Shown in pieces: positions 27,541 to 36,939 of a stretch of 64,000 bases of DNA. A model generated the notes under the pieces. The model searched no databases, was not told the origin of the DNA, and saw only the letters and a list, made by a program, of their open reading frames with translations. How positions within the stretch are numbered: position 1 is the stretch's first letter; every line of letters begins with the position of its first letter. A program made the translations under genes and the position numbers. Origin of the DNA: an uncultured Candidatus Saccharibacteria bacterium (lineage in GTDB: Bacteria > Patescibacteriota > Minisyncoccia > Phycocordibacterales > WO2-35-19). Location: NCBI GenBank assembly GCA_964534305.1, contig CAZHPR010000001.1, positions 26,944-90,943 of the forward strand. The letters run 5' to 3'.

Positions 27541-29712
27541 ATGCCTATCCAAAAAGAAATAAAAATTACCGAACAAACCCCCATAGAAAACTTGTTTAGA
27601 CTCTCCCCTTTTCAAAAAAAGTCTCTCCAGTCAATGGGAATAAAAAACGTACTATCTCTACTCAGATATTTTCCAAGACAATATGAATCACCAAATAGTA
27701 TAAAAGCAATAGAATACATATTGCCTGGAGAAAACGCGGTTATATTTGGAAAGATTAAACACACAAAAGCTAGAAAAACATTTAGGAGTAGAGTGGCAAT
27801 TACAGAAGCAGAAATAGAAGACGCTTCCGGAAAGGTAAAGGCAATTTGGTTCAACCAGCCTTATATATCAAAGATGTACGGGGAAGGAGAGGAAGTAAGA
27901 ATAGAAGGCAAGGTTTCAGAAAAAAATGGAGTTCTCTGCTTTTCAAACCCCAAGATAGAAAAGCTGGGAGAGAAAATGGTGGGCGCTGGAGGGTCGCTCT
28001 TTGGGCCAGAATCTGACCATTTTTTAAATCCAATTTATAGAGAGAGCCGGAATATCTCGTCCAACTGGATACACCACTCGATCCAAAAGATTTTTAAAAG
28101 TGGCATCCTTGAGACATTAGAGGACCCAATACCCGAAGATATTTTAAAAAAATACAACCTACCAAAACTCAAGACAGCACTTATATGGATACACACCCCC
28201 AAAAAACTAGAAGACAGCGAGGTGGCAAAAAAGAGGTTTGCCTTTGAAGAAATCTTTCTGATTCAGCTAGATCGTCAAAGAGAAAGACTGATGGCAAAAA
28301 AAGAAAAATCTTTCAAAATAGAAAAAACAAATACTGATATAGAAAATTTTATAAAATCATTCCCCTTCCCTCTTACTTCTGCGCAAAACAAAACCTTGGA
28401 TACAGTTTTGCAAGATTTTAAAAAGGGAGAACCAATGTCTAGACTCCTCGAAGGAGATGTGGGGAGTGGCAAGACTGCCGTCGCCGCAAGTGCTGCCTAT
28501 GCGGCGATTTCAACCCCACCACCCGAGAGAAAGTATGGAGCGCTACAAGTCGCCTACATGGCACCAACAGAGATACTTGCCGAACAACACTTTGAATCCT
28601 TTATAGAATACTTTGCAAAATACAACATCCAGATAGGGTTGCTCACAAGTAGCGGCGCAAAAAAGTTTCCTTCTAAAATAAATAAGGGTTGGACCAAAAT
28701 ATCCAAACCTCAACTACTCAAATGGGTAGAAACCGGAGAAATACCGATACTTATAGGCACCCACTCACTTATACAGAAAAAGGTGAAGTTCAAAAATCTA
28801 GCTTTTATAATCATAGATGAGCAACACCGCTTTGGAGTAAAGCAAAGAATGGAACTCCGCAAAAAACACGATATAGTACCGCACCTTCTATCGATGACAG
28901 CAACCCCAATCCCCCGCACCTTGGCACTAACCATCTTCGGAGACCTTGACCTCTCAGTCCTAGACGAACTTCCTCCGGGCAGGAAACCAGTAGAGACAAA
29001 AATAGTTTTGCAAAACGAAAGAAAAGCAACTTATGAAAAGGTAAGAGCAGAGTTAAAGACTGGTAGGCAGGCCTATGTAATATGCCCAAGGATAGACCCG
29101 TCTGATCCAAATAACGAATTCGCAATAAATACAAAGTCAGTAAAAGAAGAAGCTGAAAGTCTAAAAAAAATATTCCCAGAATTCAAGGTAGCTCTTCTTA
29201 CCGGCAAAATGAGTCCAAAAGAAAAAGAAGACACAATGCGAGACTTCAAGGACGGCAAGTATAATATTTTGGTTGCTACTTCTGTGATCGAGGTTGGAGT
29301 AAATGTACCAAACGCCACGACAATAATAATAGAAAATGCCGAACGCTTCGGTCTGGCCCAGCTCCATCAGCTCCGCGGTAGAGTCCTAAGAAGCTCCTAC
29401 AAACCATATTGTTATGTCTTTGCAGACACACAATCAAAAACAAGCCTTGATAGACTAAAGTCTTTTGCTTCTTCGAGCAATGGATTTTTGCTAGCAGAAG
29501 CAGATTTGAAACAGAGAGGGGCGGGCAATCTCCTAAGCGGCAAACAATGGGGAGTATCCGACATTGCCATGGAAGCACTAAAAAATATCAAGATGGTAGA
29601 GGCCGCGAGAGAAGAGGCGGTAAGAATAGTAGAAAATGATTTTGATTTAGATAACTATCCCCTCTTACACAACTTGGTTGTAAAAAAAGAAAAACAAATC
29701 CATTTGGAGTAG
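27541..29712 (+). CDS. recG: ATP-dependent DNA helicase RecG
   Basis: Wedge/OB region followed by DEAD-box helicase motifs (GDVGSGKT, DEQHRFG) and RecG C-terminal domain. Confidence 0.9.
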   Translation: MPIQKEIKITEQTPIENLFRLSPFQKKSLQSMGIKNVLSLLRYFPRQYESPNSIKAIEYILPGENAVIFGKIKHTKARKTFRSRVAITEAEIEDASGKVKAIWFNQPYISKMYGEGEEVRIEGKVSEKNGVLCFSNPKIEKLGEKMVGAGGSLFGPESDHFLNPIYRESRNISSNWIHHSIQKIFKSGILETLEDPIPEDILKKYNLPKLKTALIWIHTPKKLEDSEVAKKRFAFEEIFLIQLDRQRERLMAKKEKSFKIEKTNTDIENFIKSFPFPLTSAQNKTLDTVLQDFKKGEPMSRLLEGDVGSGKTAVAASAAYAAISTPPPERKYGALQVAYMAPTEILAEQHFESFIEYFAKYNIQIGLLTSSGAKKFPSKINKGWTKISKPQLLKWVETGEIPILIGTHSLIQKKVKFKNLAFIIIDEQHRFGVKQRMELRKKHDIVPHLLSMTATPIPRTLALTIFGDLDLSVLDELPPGRKPVETKIVLQNERKATYEKVRAELKTGRQAYVICPRIDPSDPNNEFAINTKSVKEEAESLKKIFPEFKVALLTGKMSPKEKEDTMRDFKDGKYNILVATSVIEVGVNVPNATTIIIENAERFGLAQLHQLRGRVLRSSYKPYCYVFADTQSKTSLDRLKSFASSSNGFLLAEADLKQRGAGNLLSGKQWGVSDIAMEALKNIKMVEAAREEAVRIVENDFDLDNYPLLHNLVVKKEKQIHLE

Positions 29713-29755
29713 AATATTGAATCTAGTAAAAAATGAGGTATACTCTATTCTATTA

Positions 29756-29830
29756 ACCGCCCTTAGCTCAGTTGGTTAGAGCACAGAGCTTATACCTCTG
29801 GGGTCCTAGGTTCGAATCCTAGAGGGCGGA
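29756..29830 (+). tRNA. tRNA with anticodon UAU (tRNA-Ile2-type, AUA-reading)
   Basis: Manual fold: acceptor CCGCCCT/AGGGCGG, D-arm GCTC…GAGC, anticodon stem CAGAG/CTCTG with loop CTTATAC, T-arm CTAGG-TTCGAAT-CCTAG. No encoded CCA. Confidence 0.7.
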
Positions 29831-29870
29831 CAAGCGTTAGAAAAAACTCAAATACTTGTGACGACAAACA

Positions 29871-30368
29871 CTATGAGTTTGCGAGAGCGCAAGTTGTATC
29901 GGTTGCACCAAAGTTTGCCCAGGTGATTTGTCTAGAGACGCCAGTACTATCTACACACCATCCTAAAGCTGAGCTGCTTCGAAGCTGCACAGCAATAACA
30001 TAAGCAGAAGCACTTGAAACACACTTTGCCGCAGTAGCGGCATTTTGGCCGCTTTTGGCAACAGCATCGTCTATGTATTGTTGAACAGCAGTATCAGAAA
30101 ACCCGCCAGCAACAGCCCCTCCACAGTTTGCTGTATAAGCCTGGACACCATAACTATTCGGGGTTTGGCTTCCATAATAAAGCTCCATTGCAGCTCTAAG
30201 CCCAGAAATATTAGACTTTATAGCAGAATCAGTTGCTCTCGTTCTTGATTGATTGAGAGAGACGAGAACAATAGAAGAAAGAACACCAATAATAGCAATA
30301 ACTACCAATAACTCTATAAGAGTAAAGCCTTTCTTAGAATTTATCATATATATATGATACCTCCCCAC
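29871..30368 (-). CDS. Type IV pilin / pseudopilin (prepilin-type N-terminal cleavage/methylation domain)
   Basis: KKGFTLIELLVVIAIIGVL prepilin motif and a C-terminal disulfide-type domain (WCVDS…TTC). Confidence 0.8.
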   Translation of the reverse strand: MGRYHIYMINSKKGFTLIELLVVIAIIGVLSSIVLVSLNQSRTRATDSAIKSNISGLRAAMELYYGSQTPNSYGVQAYTANCGGAVAGGFSDTAVQQYIDDAVAKSGQNAATAAKCVSSASAYVIAVQLRSSSALGWCVDSTGVSRQITWANFGATDTTCALANS

Positions 30369-30404
30369 AATAAAACCGCCATCTTTTTATCCACAATAAA
30401 TTAT

Positions 30405-32318
30405 TTATGAAGAAGCCTCCTGAGCCCTTTTGGGTTGGATGCCGTTTGCAATAAGCATACTTTCAAATTCTTCTCTTTCTATAGTTTCCTTTTCTATGAG
30501 TCTCTTTGCGATCGCATCTAGAAGTGGTCTGTGATCATTTATTATTTTGTTTGCCTTTTCAAAAGCATCATTCATTATTTTAGAAACCTGTTGGTCTATC
30601 ATCGCCCCGACTTCTTCTGAATATTCCTTTTCGTTTACGCCCTTTCCAAAAAGTGGCCGGCCCCCAGAAGATTCTAGCGCAATAGGACCGAGGGTCTCAG
30701 ACATTCCATATTTTGTAACCATGTCCCTTGCCATTGCGGTAGATACTTGCAAATCATTTGATGGACCAGTCGTGATATCGCCAAAGACTATTTTTTCTGT
30801 CGCATAACCACCAAGCGACATCGCAATATCATCTAAAAACTCGTTTCTGCTTTGTAGCTTCCTATCTTCTATTGGAAGCTTGAGAGTATACCCCGCTGCC
30901 CTTCCACGAGATATGATAGAAATCTTGTGTACCGGATCAGCGAATGGCAAGACGCTCGCAACCAAAGCGTGCCCAGCTTCATGGTAAGCAGTTATTTCTT
31001 TCTCTTTATTTGAGAGTATATGACTTCTTCTTTCAGGACCAAGCATCACCTTTTCTATTGACCTGATAAGATCGTACTGAGAAATCTTGGTCCGGTTTTC
31101 TCTGGCAGCAAGGATCGCGCCCTCATTCATAAGAGAGTAGAGGTCAGCACCAGAAAATCCTGGTGTTCTCTCTGCAATTACAGAAAGGTTTACATCTTCG
31201 GCAAAAGGTTTCTCTTTTGAATGGATCCTGAGTATCTCTTCTCTGTCTCCCCTATCTGGCAAATCTATAGTGACCCGTCTATCAAACCTACCTGGACGAA
31301 GCAAGGCTGGGTCAAGTACGTCTGGCCTGTTTGTCGCCGCCATTATCACAAGCTTTTCGGTCGGTTCAAAGCCGTCCATCTCTACCAATATTTGATTGAG
31401 GGTTTGCTCTCTCTCATCATTGCCTCCGCCCAAGCCTCCCCCTCGCACTCTACCCACCGCGTCTATCTCATCTATAAAGATTATTGCTGGGCCAGTTTTC
31501 TTTGCCATCTGAAAAAGATCACGCACCCTAGAAGCTCCTACTCCCACAAACATTTCAACAAACTCAGAACCAGAAATAGAGAAGAAAGCAACGTTTGCCT
31601 CTCCTGCCACAGCCCGCGCGAGTAAGGTCTTGCCCGTACCCGGAGCTCCCATAAGGAGTATTCCCTTTGGAATTCTTGCTCCTATTTCAAAAAATTTCTT
31701 TGGATTTTTTAGAAAATCTACGATCTCAAGCAGTTCTTCCTTTGCTTCCTTGCAACCCGCCACATCCTTAAAGGTAACTCGCTTACTAGAATCATCTGGG
31801 CTTGTTATCCTTGCTCTTGATTGCCCAAAGGAGAAGGCTTGCATCCCAGCGCCCTTTATCTGTCTTGTCATCATATAAATAAATACCGCAATAAAGAGTA
31901 TTGGGAAAAGTATCGGAGAAAGGTTTATTATCCAAAACAACACCCCTCCTTCTTCTTTGACATCAACCTTTACTTTGCTCAACTCTTCTGGGGTTACTCC
32001 ATAAGCAAAGAGAGATTCAGAGATGTTTGAGGTGCCTTCTTTTTTGGAAGTTTTTGTACTATCGTCCAGAAACTTTGCTTCTATGCTTCCACCTTTGACC
32101 ACCATCTCCTTTACATTGCCCGCCCTCACCGAAGAAGCCAACTCTGAAATACTAACGACCTCTTTATTTTTGCTACCATCAAAAACTGAATAGAGCGAAA
32201 CTATAATCAGTATTATAAGTATGGTAGATACAAAGGTGCTAAAAAAAGAGTTACTAAACTTTGGACCGGAGGCATTTGAAGACCTCTTTTCTGTTTTTTT
32301 GTTGTGTGTTTTGGCCAT
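30405..32318 (-). CDS. ftsH: ATP-dependent zinc metalloprotease FtsH
   Basis: AAA+ Walker A GPPGTGKT, SRH, HEAGH zinc motif. Confidence 0.9.
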   Translation of the reverse strand: MAKTHNKKTEKRSSNASGPKFSNSFFSTFVSTILIILIIVSLYSVFDGSKNKEVVSISELASSVRAGNVKEMVVKGGSIEAKFLDDSTKTSKKEGTSNISESLFAYGVTPEELSKVKVDVKEEGGVLFWIINLSPILFPILFIAVFIYMMTRQIKGAGMQAFSFGQSRARITSPDDSSKRVTFKDVAGCKEAKEELLEIVDFLKNPKKFFEIGARIPKGILLMGAPGTGKTLLARAVAGEANVAFFSISGSEFVEMFVGVGASRVRDLFQMAKKTGPAIIFIDEIDAVGRVRGGGLGGGNDEREQTLNQILVEMDGFEPTEKLVIMAATNRPDVLDPALLRPGRFDRRVTIDLPDRGDREEILRIHSKEKPFAEDVNLSVIAERTPGFSGADLYSLMNEGAILAARENRTKISQYDLIRSIEKVMLGPERRSHILSNKEKEITAYHEAGHALVASVLPFADPVHKISIISRGRAAGYTLKLPIEDRKLQSRNEFLDDIAMSLGGYATEKIVFGDITTGPSNDLQVSTAMARDMVTKYGMSETLGPIALESSGGRPLFGKGVNEKEYSEEVGAMIDQQVSKIMNDAFEKANKIINDHRPLLDAIAKRLIEKETIEREEFESMLIANGIQPKRAQEASS

Positions 32319-32370
32319 ATTTTTACTATTATAACATAAAAAATAACCATTTTGTGCTATTATTCTGGCT

Positions 32371-32814
32371 ATGAACCTAGTTCAAAATAAAAAGGCACAT
32401 TTTAATTATGAAATACTAGAAAAATACGAAGCAGGTATTGAGCTTTTGGGTTTTGAAGTAAAATCTCTAAAAGCTGGCCAGGGCTCACTAGAAGGCTCTT
32501 ATATAAAAATCCGCGGAGGAGAAGCCTTTGTTACCGGTATGAATATCCCGCCCTATCAAGTAAACAACACTCCAAAAGAATACGACCCCGCAAGAAGCCG
32601 CAAATTACTCCTTACAAAAAAAGAAATAGCGGAGCTAGAAAAAACGGAACAAAAGGCTGGATTGACAATAGTACCACTTTCGGTGTATAATAAGGGTAGA
32701 AAAATCAAGATAGAACTTGCTGTAGCTAAAGGCAAAAAGACTCATGACAAAAGAGAGACTACCAAGAAAAGAGAAGCAGATAGAGAGATTAGAAGAACTT
32801 TGAAAAATACATAG
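32371..32814 (+). CDS. smpB: SsrA-binding protein SmpB
   Basis: SmpB family N-terminus (…FNYEILEKYEAGIELLGFEVKSL…). Confidence 0.9.
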   Translation: MNLVQNKKAHFNYEILEKYEAGIELLGFEVKSLKAGQGSLEGSYIKIRGGEAFVTGMNIPPYQVNNTPKEYDPARSRKLLLTKKEIAELEKTEQKAGLTIVPLSVYNKGRKIKIELAVAKGKKTHDKRETTKKREADREIRRTLKNT

Positions 32815-32955
32815 TTGTCTACCAAAAATTCCCGAAAAGGAGTTGCGGAGCGAATAAAAATAAAATTTCAAAAGTCTGGCCGAAGCTTGCCCTCAAGCAA
32901 GCGAGGAGACCCGAGGACTTTTGCAAATTTTGATTTTTATGAGCGACTACTTTTC

Positions 32956-33373
32956 GGGGATGATCGGCCTAGACAATAAGAATATCTTTATAAATGCCAA
33001 AGAGAGCTGTGGTGACTCTTAAATCCGCCATAAATGATAACTGCAAACAAGGTTGTCACAAAAGCTAAGTCCGTTGCTTCTCCATACTTTGGGGTCAACG
33101 ATTTCGCTTTCGCTTACGTTAGAGCTTAATTAAGTTTCTTTCCTAAGCGACGCTATCCTTCTTATGTCTCATACGGAAGATCATGGTGTAATAAATTGAG
33201 GCTCTGGAAAATAGTTCTCCCCTATTTTCCGAAATGTTGGGAGATCGAAACTTTAGAATTTCGTCTGTTTGTATCTAGAGTTTTTAAATGGGCCTAGCCC
33301 AAAAAGCAGTCTATCTCTGGTAGAAATTTATAAAATACCTTATTGCATGCGCGTTCGATTCGCGCCATCTCCA
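32956..33373 (+). ncRNA. ssrA: tmRNA (SsrA)
   Basis: 5' GGGGAUGAUCGG… pairs with 3' …CAUCUCC-A. tRNA-like T-arm GCGCGTTCGATTCGCGC. Lies immediately downstream of smpB. Candidate tag frame ends in …FAFAYVRA-TAA. Confidence 0.7.
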
Positions 33374-33446
33374 CAAAATTAACGAGCGAACAAGGTGAGC
33401 GACTATAATTTTGTAGGACCCTGAGTTTATCGAAGGGTTTTTAATT

Positions 33447-34094
33447 GTGTCCTTACTTTCCAATAATGTTAAAATAAATAAAATGAAATTTATCAAATTT
33501 ATTTTTGTGGGTATTCTTGTAACACTAGCCGGAGAATACCAAATCAATATACTTATACACCAACTACCAGTTGAAAAATACCTGATGGTGTTTGTTGTCT
33601 ATTCTCTACTGGTAAGTATTTTTTACATTTTTGGAAAATTTTTGGATAAAAAATTTTTATCCGCAAAGGCTGACTTGATTTACTATTTTGTAGCAGGATT
33701 TGTAGGTCTTGCGTTTGAATGGTTTGTTATAGGAAATTCTTTATACGAAAACCCAAGTGCAAATCAAGCTGGTATGTTTTGTTGGTGGACAGCTGTATTT
33801 TTGATACCTAGAATATTTACCAAAACTTCTAATCCAGACTTAGAGATAGTAAAGAAAAAAATATACTACGTACTTATTCCCTACTCAATAATTTCATTAA
33901 TAATAGTCTCTCTAATTCCAGCAGACCCTGTTATGGCAAGAATTGCCGTTACTGCACTGGCTATGATATTTAGTTTTGTTTTTGTTAATTATTATTTGAT
34001 ACGTTATCTAATCTCACAAAACCCACACTTAAAGAAAAAGTTGACTTATTTCTATATAATTTTGGTTATACTAGCTCTCGTAAATTTATTTTGA
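33447..34094 (+). CDS. Polytopic membrane protein (hypothetical)
   Basis: Hydrophobic profile with 6 or more helices. Confidence 0.4.
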   Translation: MSLLSNNVKINKMKFIKFIFVGILVTLAGEYQINILIHQLPVEKYLMVFVVYSLLVSIFYIFGKFLDKKFLSAKADLIYYFVAGFVGLAFEWFVIGNSLYENPSANQAGMFCWWTAVFLIPRIFTKTSNPDLEIVKKKIYYVLIPYSIISLIIVSLIPADPVMARIAVTALAMIFSFVFVNYYLIRYLISQNPHLKKKLTYFYIILVILALVNLF

Positions 34095-34106
34095 TAGATT
34101 TAACAA

Positions 34107-35015
34107 ATGAATCTGTTTAAGAAAAAGATAAGAGTGGCGACGCACAATGGAAGCTTCCATGCTGACGAAGTGTTTGCTATCGCTACCCTCTTAATTTGGG
34201 CTGATAAAAAAGGCTTTAAATTAGATATAACAAGAACTAGGGATGAGTCGTTGCTCAGCGAAGCAGATATCGTTTTGGACGTAGGTAGTATTTATGACCC
34301 AGAAAAAAAGAGGTTTGATCATCATCAGAAGGATGGAGCGGGGGCACATGAAAACGGTATCCCCTATGCGTCCTTTGGCTTAATCTGGAAACATTTTGCA
34401 AAAGAAATCTGTAGTGAAGAAGTAGCGGAAGATATCGAAAAGAGACTCGTGCTACCCATAGACGGCAGAGACAACGGTATGAATATTACAAAAGCTTTGA
34501 GAGAAGACCTACTGGAATACACCTTATCAAAGGACATAATATCCGCATTCAGACCAACCTGGAAAAACCCGAACGATAATGACAAAAACTTTTTTGAAGC
34601 AGTTTCTTTTGCAAAGACACTTTTGGAAAAAGAAATAAGGAATTCGGCAGAGACAATAGAAGGAGAAAATATAGTAAGAGCAGAAATTGAAAAACAAAAA
34701 GAGCCGGAGATTCTCCTGCTTGAGCAAGATCTCCCTTGGGATTATGTAGTATCAAAGTTTAAAAATATAAAATGCGTTATCTACCCAGAGTCTGATCAAG
34801 ACGCTTGGTGCGCTGAGTTTACAAAGGACAACCCAAAAGATTTCACAACCAACCGAGGCGAATTTAACCCAGAATGGAAAGGTTTAAGAGATGAGGAGCT
34901 AAGAAGAGTAAGCGGAGTAGCGGGGGCAATCTTCTGTCATCGCGGTGGCTTCTTTGCCGTCGCAAAAACAAAAGAATCCGCTATTGAAATGGCTCTCCTA
35001 TCCCTAAAAAAATAA
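34107..35015 (+). CDS. MYG1/UPF0160-family metal-dependent protein hydrolase
   Basis: N-terminal …ATHNGSFHADEVFA… and …DHHQ… motifs. Confidence 0.7.
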   Translation: MNLFKKKIRVATHNGSFHADEVFAIATLLIWADKKGFKLDITRTRDESLLSEADIVLDVGSIYDPEKKRFDHHQKDGAGAHENGIPYASFGLIWKHFAKEICSEEVAEDIEKRLVLPIDGRDNGMNITKALREDLLEYTLSKDIISAFRPTWKNPNDNDKNFFEAVSFAKTLLEKEIRNSAETIEGENIVRAEIEKQKEPEILLLEQDLPWDYVVSKFKNIKCVIYPESDQDAWCAEFTKDNPKDFTTNRGEFNPEWKGLRDEELRRVSGVAGAIFCHRGGFFAVAKTKESAIEMALLSLKK

Positions 35016-36152
35016 TTAATTACAACTTGTATCTCCAATGGATAGCCCAGCAGAGATTGCTTGTGAGCTGCCATAAGAATCAACGCACCATAATCCTTTT
35101 GTATCTGGTAAAGTAGAATACATCGCATAAGACTGACCGCTTGATCGACACCCGACCATATTTTTAGCGATAAGATCTTTTATATAAGATATTATATTAT
35201 CATCTCCAAACATCCCCCCTGTACAACTATTAGTTACCACACCATAACTTCCTTTTTGGTTGTAGTAAATTTCTGCATACGCCCTGACTCCAGATAATTT
35301 GGACACTACATCATTGTTTGTAATAGAAACAGGAGGAATCTTTTCTTCATTACTACTTAACGACTTTAGAACAACTTTTTCTGTAATTGCACTTTTATCA
35401 AAATCTATAACAATCCTACCGTCCGCATTTTGTATATCAGACAATTTTGAACGATAGGGAGTAAAATCATCCATACCATATATTAGATCAATCCTATTAA
35501 CATCCACAGGTACCCATGTATGTAGAGAAACCTTCCTATCAGAGAGCGGTTCAATATTATAGCTTGAAAAAGGGACCGCCCCCAAAGAAGCGAGCCTTGC
35601 CACAACCTCTCCATTTCTTGATTCGTAATAAAGTATCTTTATTATGTCGCCAGTTACGTTAATTTTACTATTGTTTGAAACGTCTATATCAATACCGATT
35701 AAAGATTTGTTACTGGTTTCTGGATCAGAGGGATCATTGCTATAACACCCGGCAAGACGCACTAGATTTGTTACTTCTTGTGGAAAATTTTGAGAACAAC
35801 CAACAACTTCCAACCCCTCAACTCTAACAATTTTTGAAATAGAGAAATCTACACTAGGAAAAGCTTGCATTTGAAATTTACCCTTCTCAAGATCTTCAAC
35901 ATAACTAATAGAATATTTAGAATTTCTCTGGTCATAACTATTGTAATCAATGTTTTGCCCCTGCTCTACTAAACCTGTTGCTGTTTTATACTGATCCAAC
36001 TCTCTTTGTTTATTTAGAAGTTGAAGTAATAAATAAGCGACAGCCAAAATCACTGCAACAATCAAAATAACTAATAAAATTCTTGTACGTTTTGGATTAT
36101 TTGAAGAAGAGTTGGTCGTATTGATATTTTGAGGAGCTTGATCAGGGTTCAT
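35016..36152 (-). CDS. Membrane-anchored protein with a pilin-like C-terminal domain (hypothetical)
   Basis: N-terminal TM helix. C-terminus …SYAMYSTL…WCVDSYGSSQAIS…DTSC resembles the C-terminus of the 29871 pilin. Confidence 0.4.
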   Translation of the reverse strand: MNPDQAPQNINTTNSSSNNPKRTRILLVILIVAVILAVAYLLLQLLNKQRELDQYKTATGLVEQGQNIDYNSYDQRNSKYSISYVEDLEKGKFQMQAFPSVDFSISKIVRVEGLEVVGCSQNFPQEVTNLVRLAGCYSNDPSDPETSNKSLIGIDIDVSNNSKINVTGDIIKILYYESRNGEVVARLASLGAVPFSSYNIEPLSDRKVSLHTWVPVDVNRIDLIYGMDDFTPYRSKLSDIQNADGRIVIDFDKSAITEKVVLKSLSSNEEKIPPVSITNNDVVSKLSGVRAYAEIYYNQKGSYGVVTNSCTGGMFGDDNIISYIKDLIAKNMVGCRSSGQSYAMYSTLPDTKGLWCVDSYGSSQAISAGLSIGDTSCN

Positions 36153-36231
36153 AAAATATAGTTAGCGGCTAATATTAAAATTATACCAATAATTAAAATT
36201 TTAGCTGTAAGTCTTGGTACCAAAACAAACG

Positions 36232-36268
36232 AAAACCGCCCGGACGCTTGCGCGACCCGGGCGGGTTG
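36232..36268 (-). terminator. Rho-independent terminator for the 36328 gene
   Basis: On the minus strand: CCCGCCCGGGTCGCGCAAGCGTCCGGGCGG followed by TTTTCGTTTG. Confidence 0.6.
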
Positions 36269-36327
36269 TGAGAGACGATAGTTGGCTGCCTCTCAAAAGA
36301 ACATGTCCTGCCAACTCAGGATGAGGA

Positions 36328-36738
36328 TCAGGAGTCCTTCGGAACCCCTTCACCCAAGAAAAGAGCAGCGTACTCGGGGGTCAGGAAGTGATTGATGGCT
36401 TCCATTGGAGTCATCTCCCCCACCTCCTTGTACTTGTAGGGTTCAGCTCGGAATGTTGGATCCTTCGGATCCAACATCGAGCACACCGTCGCCGTACTCG
36501 ACGATTCCATCCTCTCTTCACAGGAGGGAACCCAAGCCCCTCGATCGTCCTTGAGCCACCCCTTCTCACAGAGGTAGGCTTCGGCTTCTTGTTCGGTCCC
36601 AAAGGGACCGACATATGGGGACGTAAATGCCATCCTCTCCTGATCATCGCCCTCCGAGAAGGGAGCGGCATGGTCAAACAGGGGGTCTCCCTTCTTGACC
36701 AACTCGCAAAGCGAACAAAAACTGACGAAGAACAACAT
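36328..36738 (-). CDS. Hypothetical protein in a strongly G+C-rich island
   Basis: Three overlapping ORFs exist here. This is the longest, and the terminator sits on its strand. No family assignment. Confidence 0.3.
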   Translation of the reverse strand: MLFFVSFCSLCELVKKGDPLFDHAAPFSEGDDQERMAFTSPYVGPFGTEQEAEAYLCEKGWLKDDRGAWVPSCEERMESSSTATVCSMLDPKDPTFRAEPYKYKEVGEMTPMEAINHFLTPEYAALFLGEGVPKDS

Positions 36739-36939
36739 GTAGGTTCCTCCCTTTCTTCCTATATTATAGCACCTTTTGGTTTTTGTGTCAAGAAAAATGG
36801 GGTGTTTTTGAGACGAGATTTACCAAAATATGGCTAAAAATAAGGGTATTATTGAAATAGCCGAGATTTTATAATCCCAGGTTTAATCCCATTTTAGGCC
36901 TATTTTTAGCCCTTTTACCTACTTTTGTCCTATTTTTGC

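Noticed and set aside
33311-33547. 78-aa minus-strand ORF
   Set aside because: Overlaps the 3' end of the tmRNA gene and the start of the next gene; no coding signal.
36388-36837. 149-aa plus-strand ORF and 88-aa minus-strand ORF (36411-36677) in the G+C-rich islet
   Set aside because: High-G+C DNA generates long ORFs in several frames. Only the 36328-36738 frame has a strand-matched terminator. All three are flagged as unresolved in the findings.
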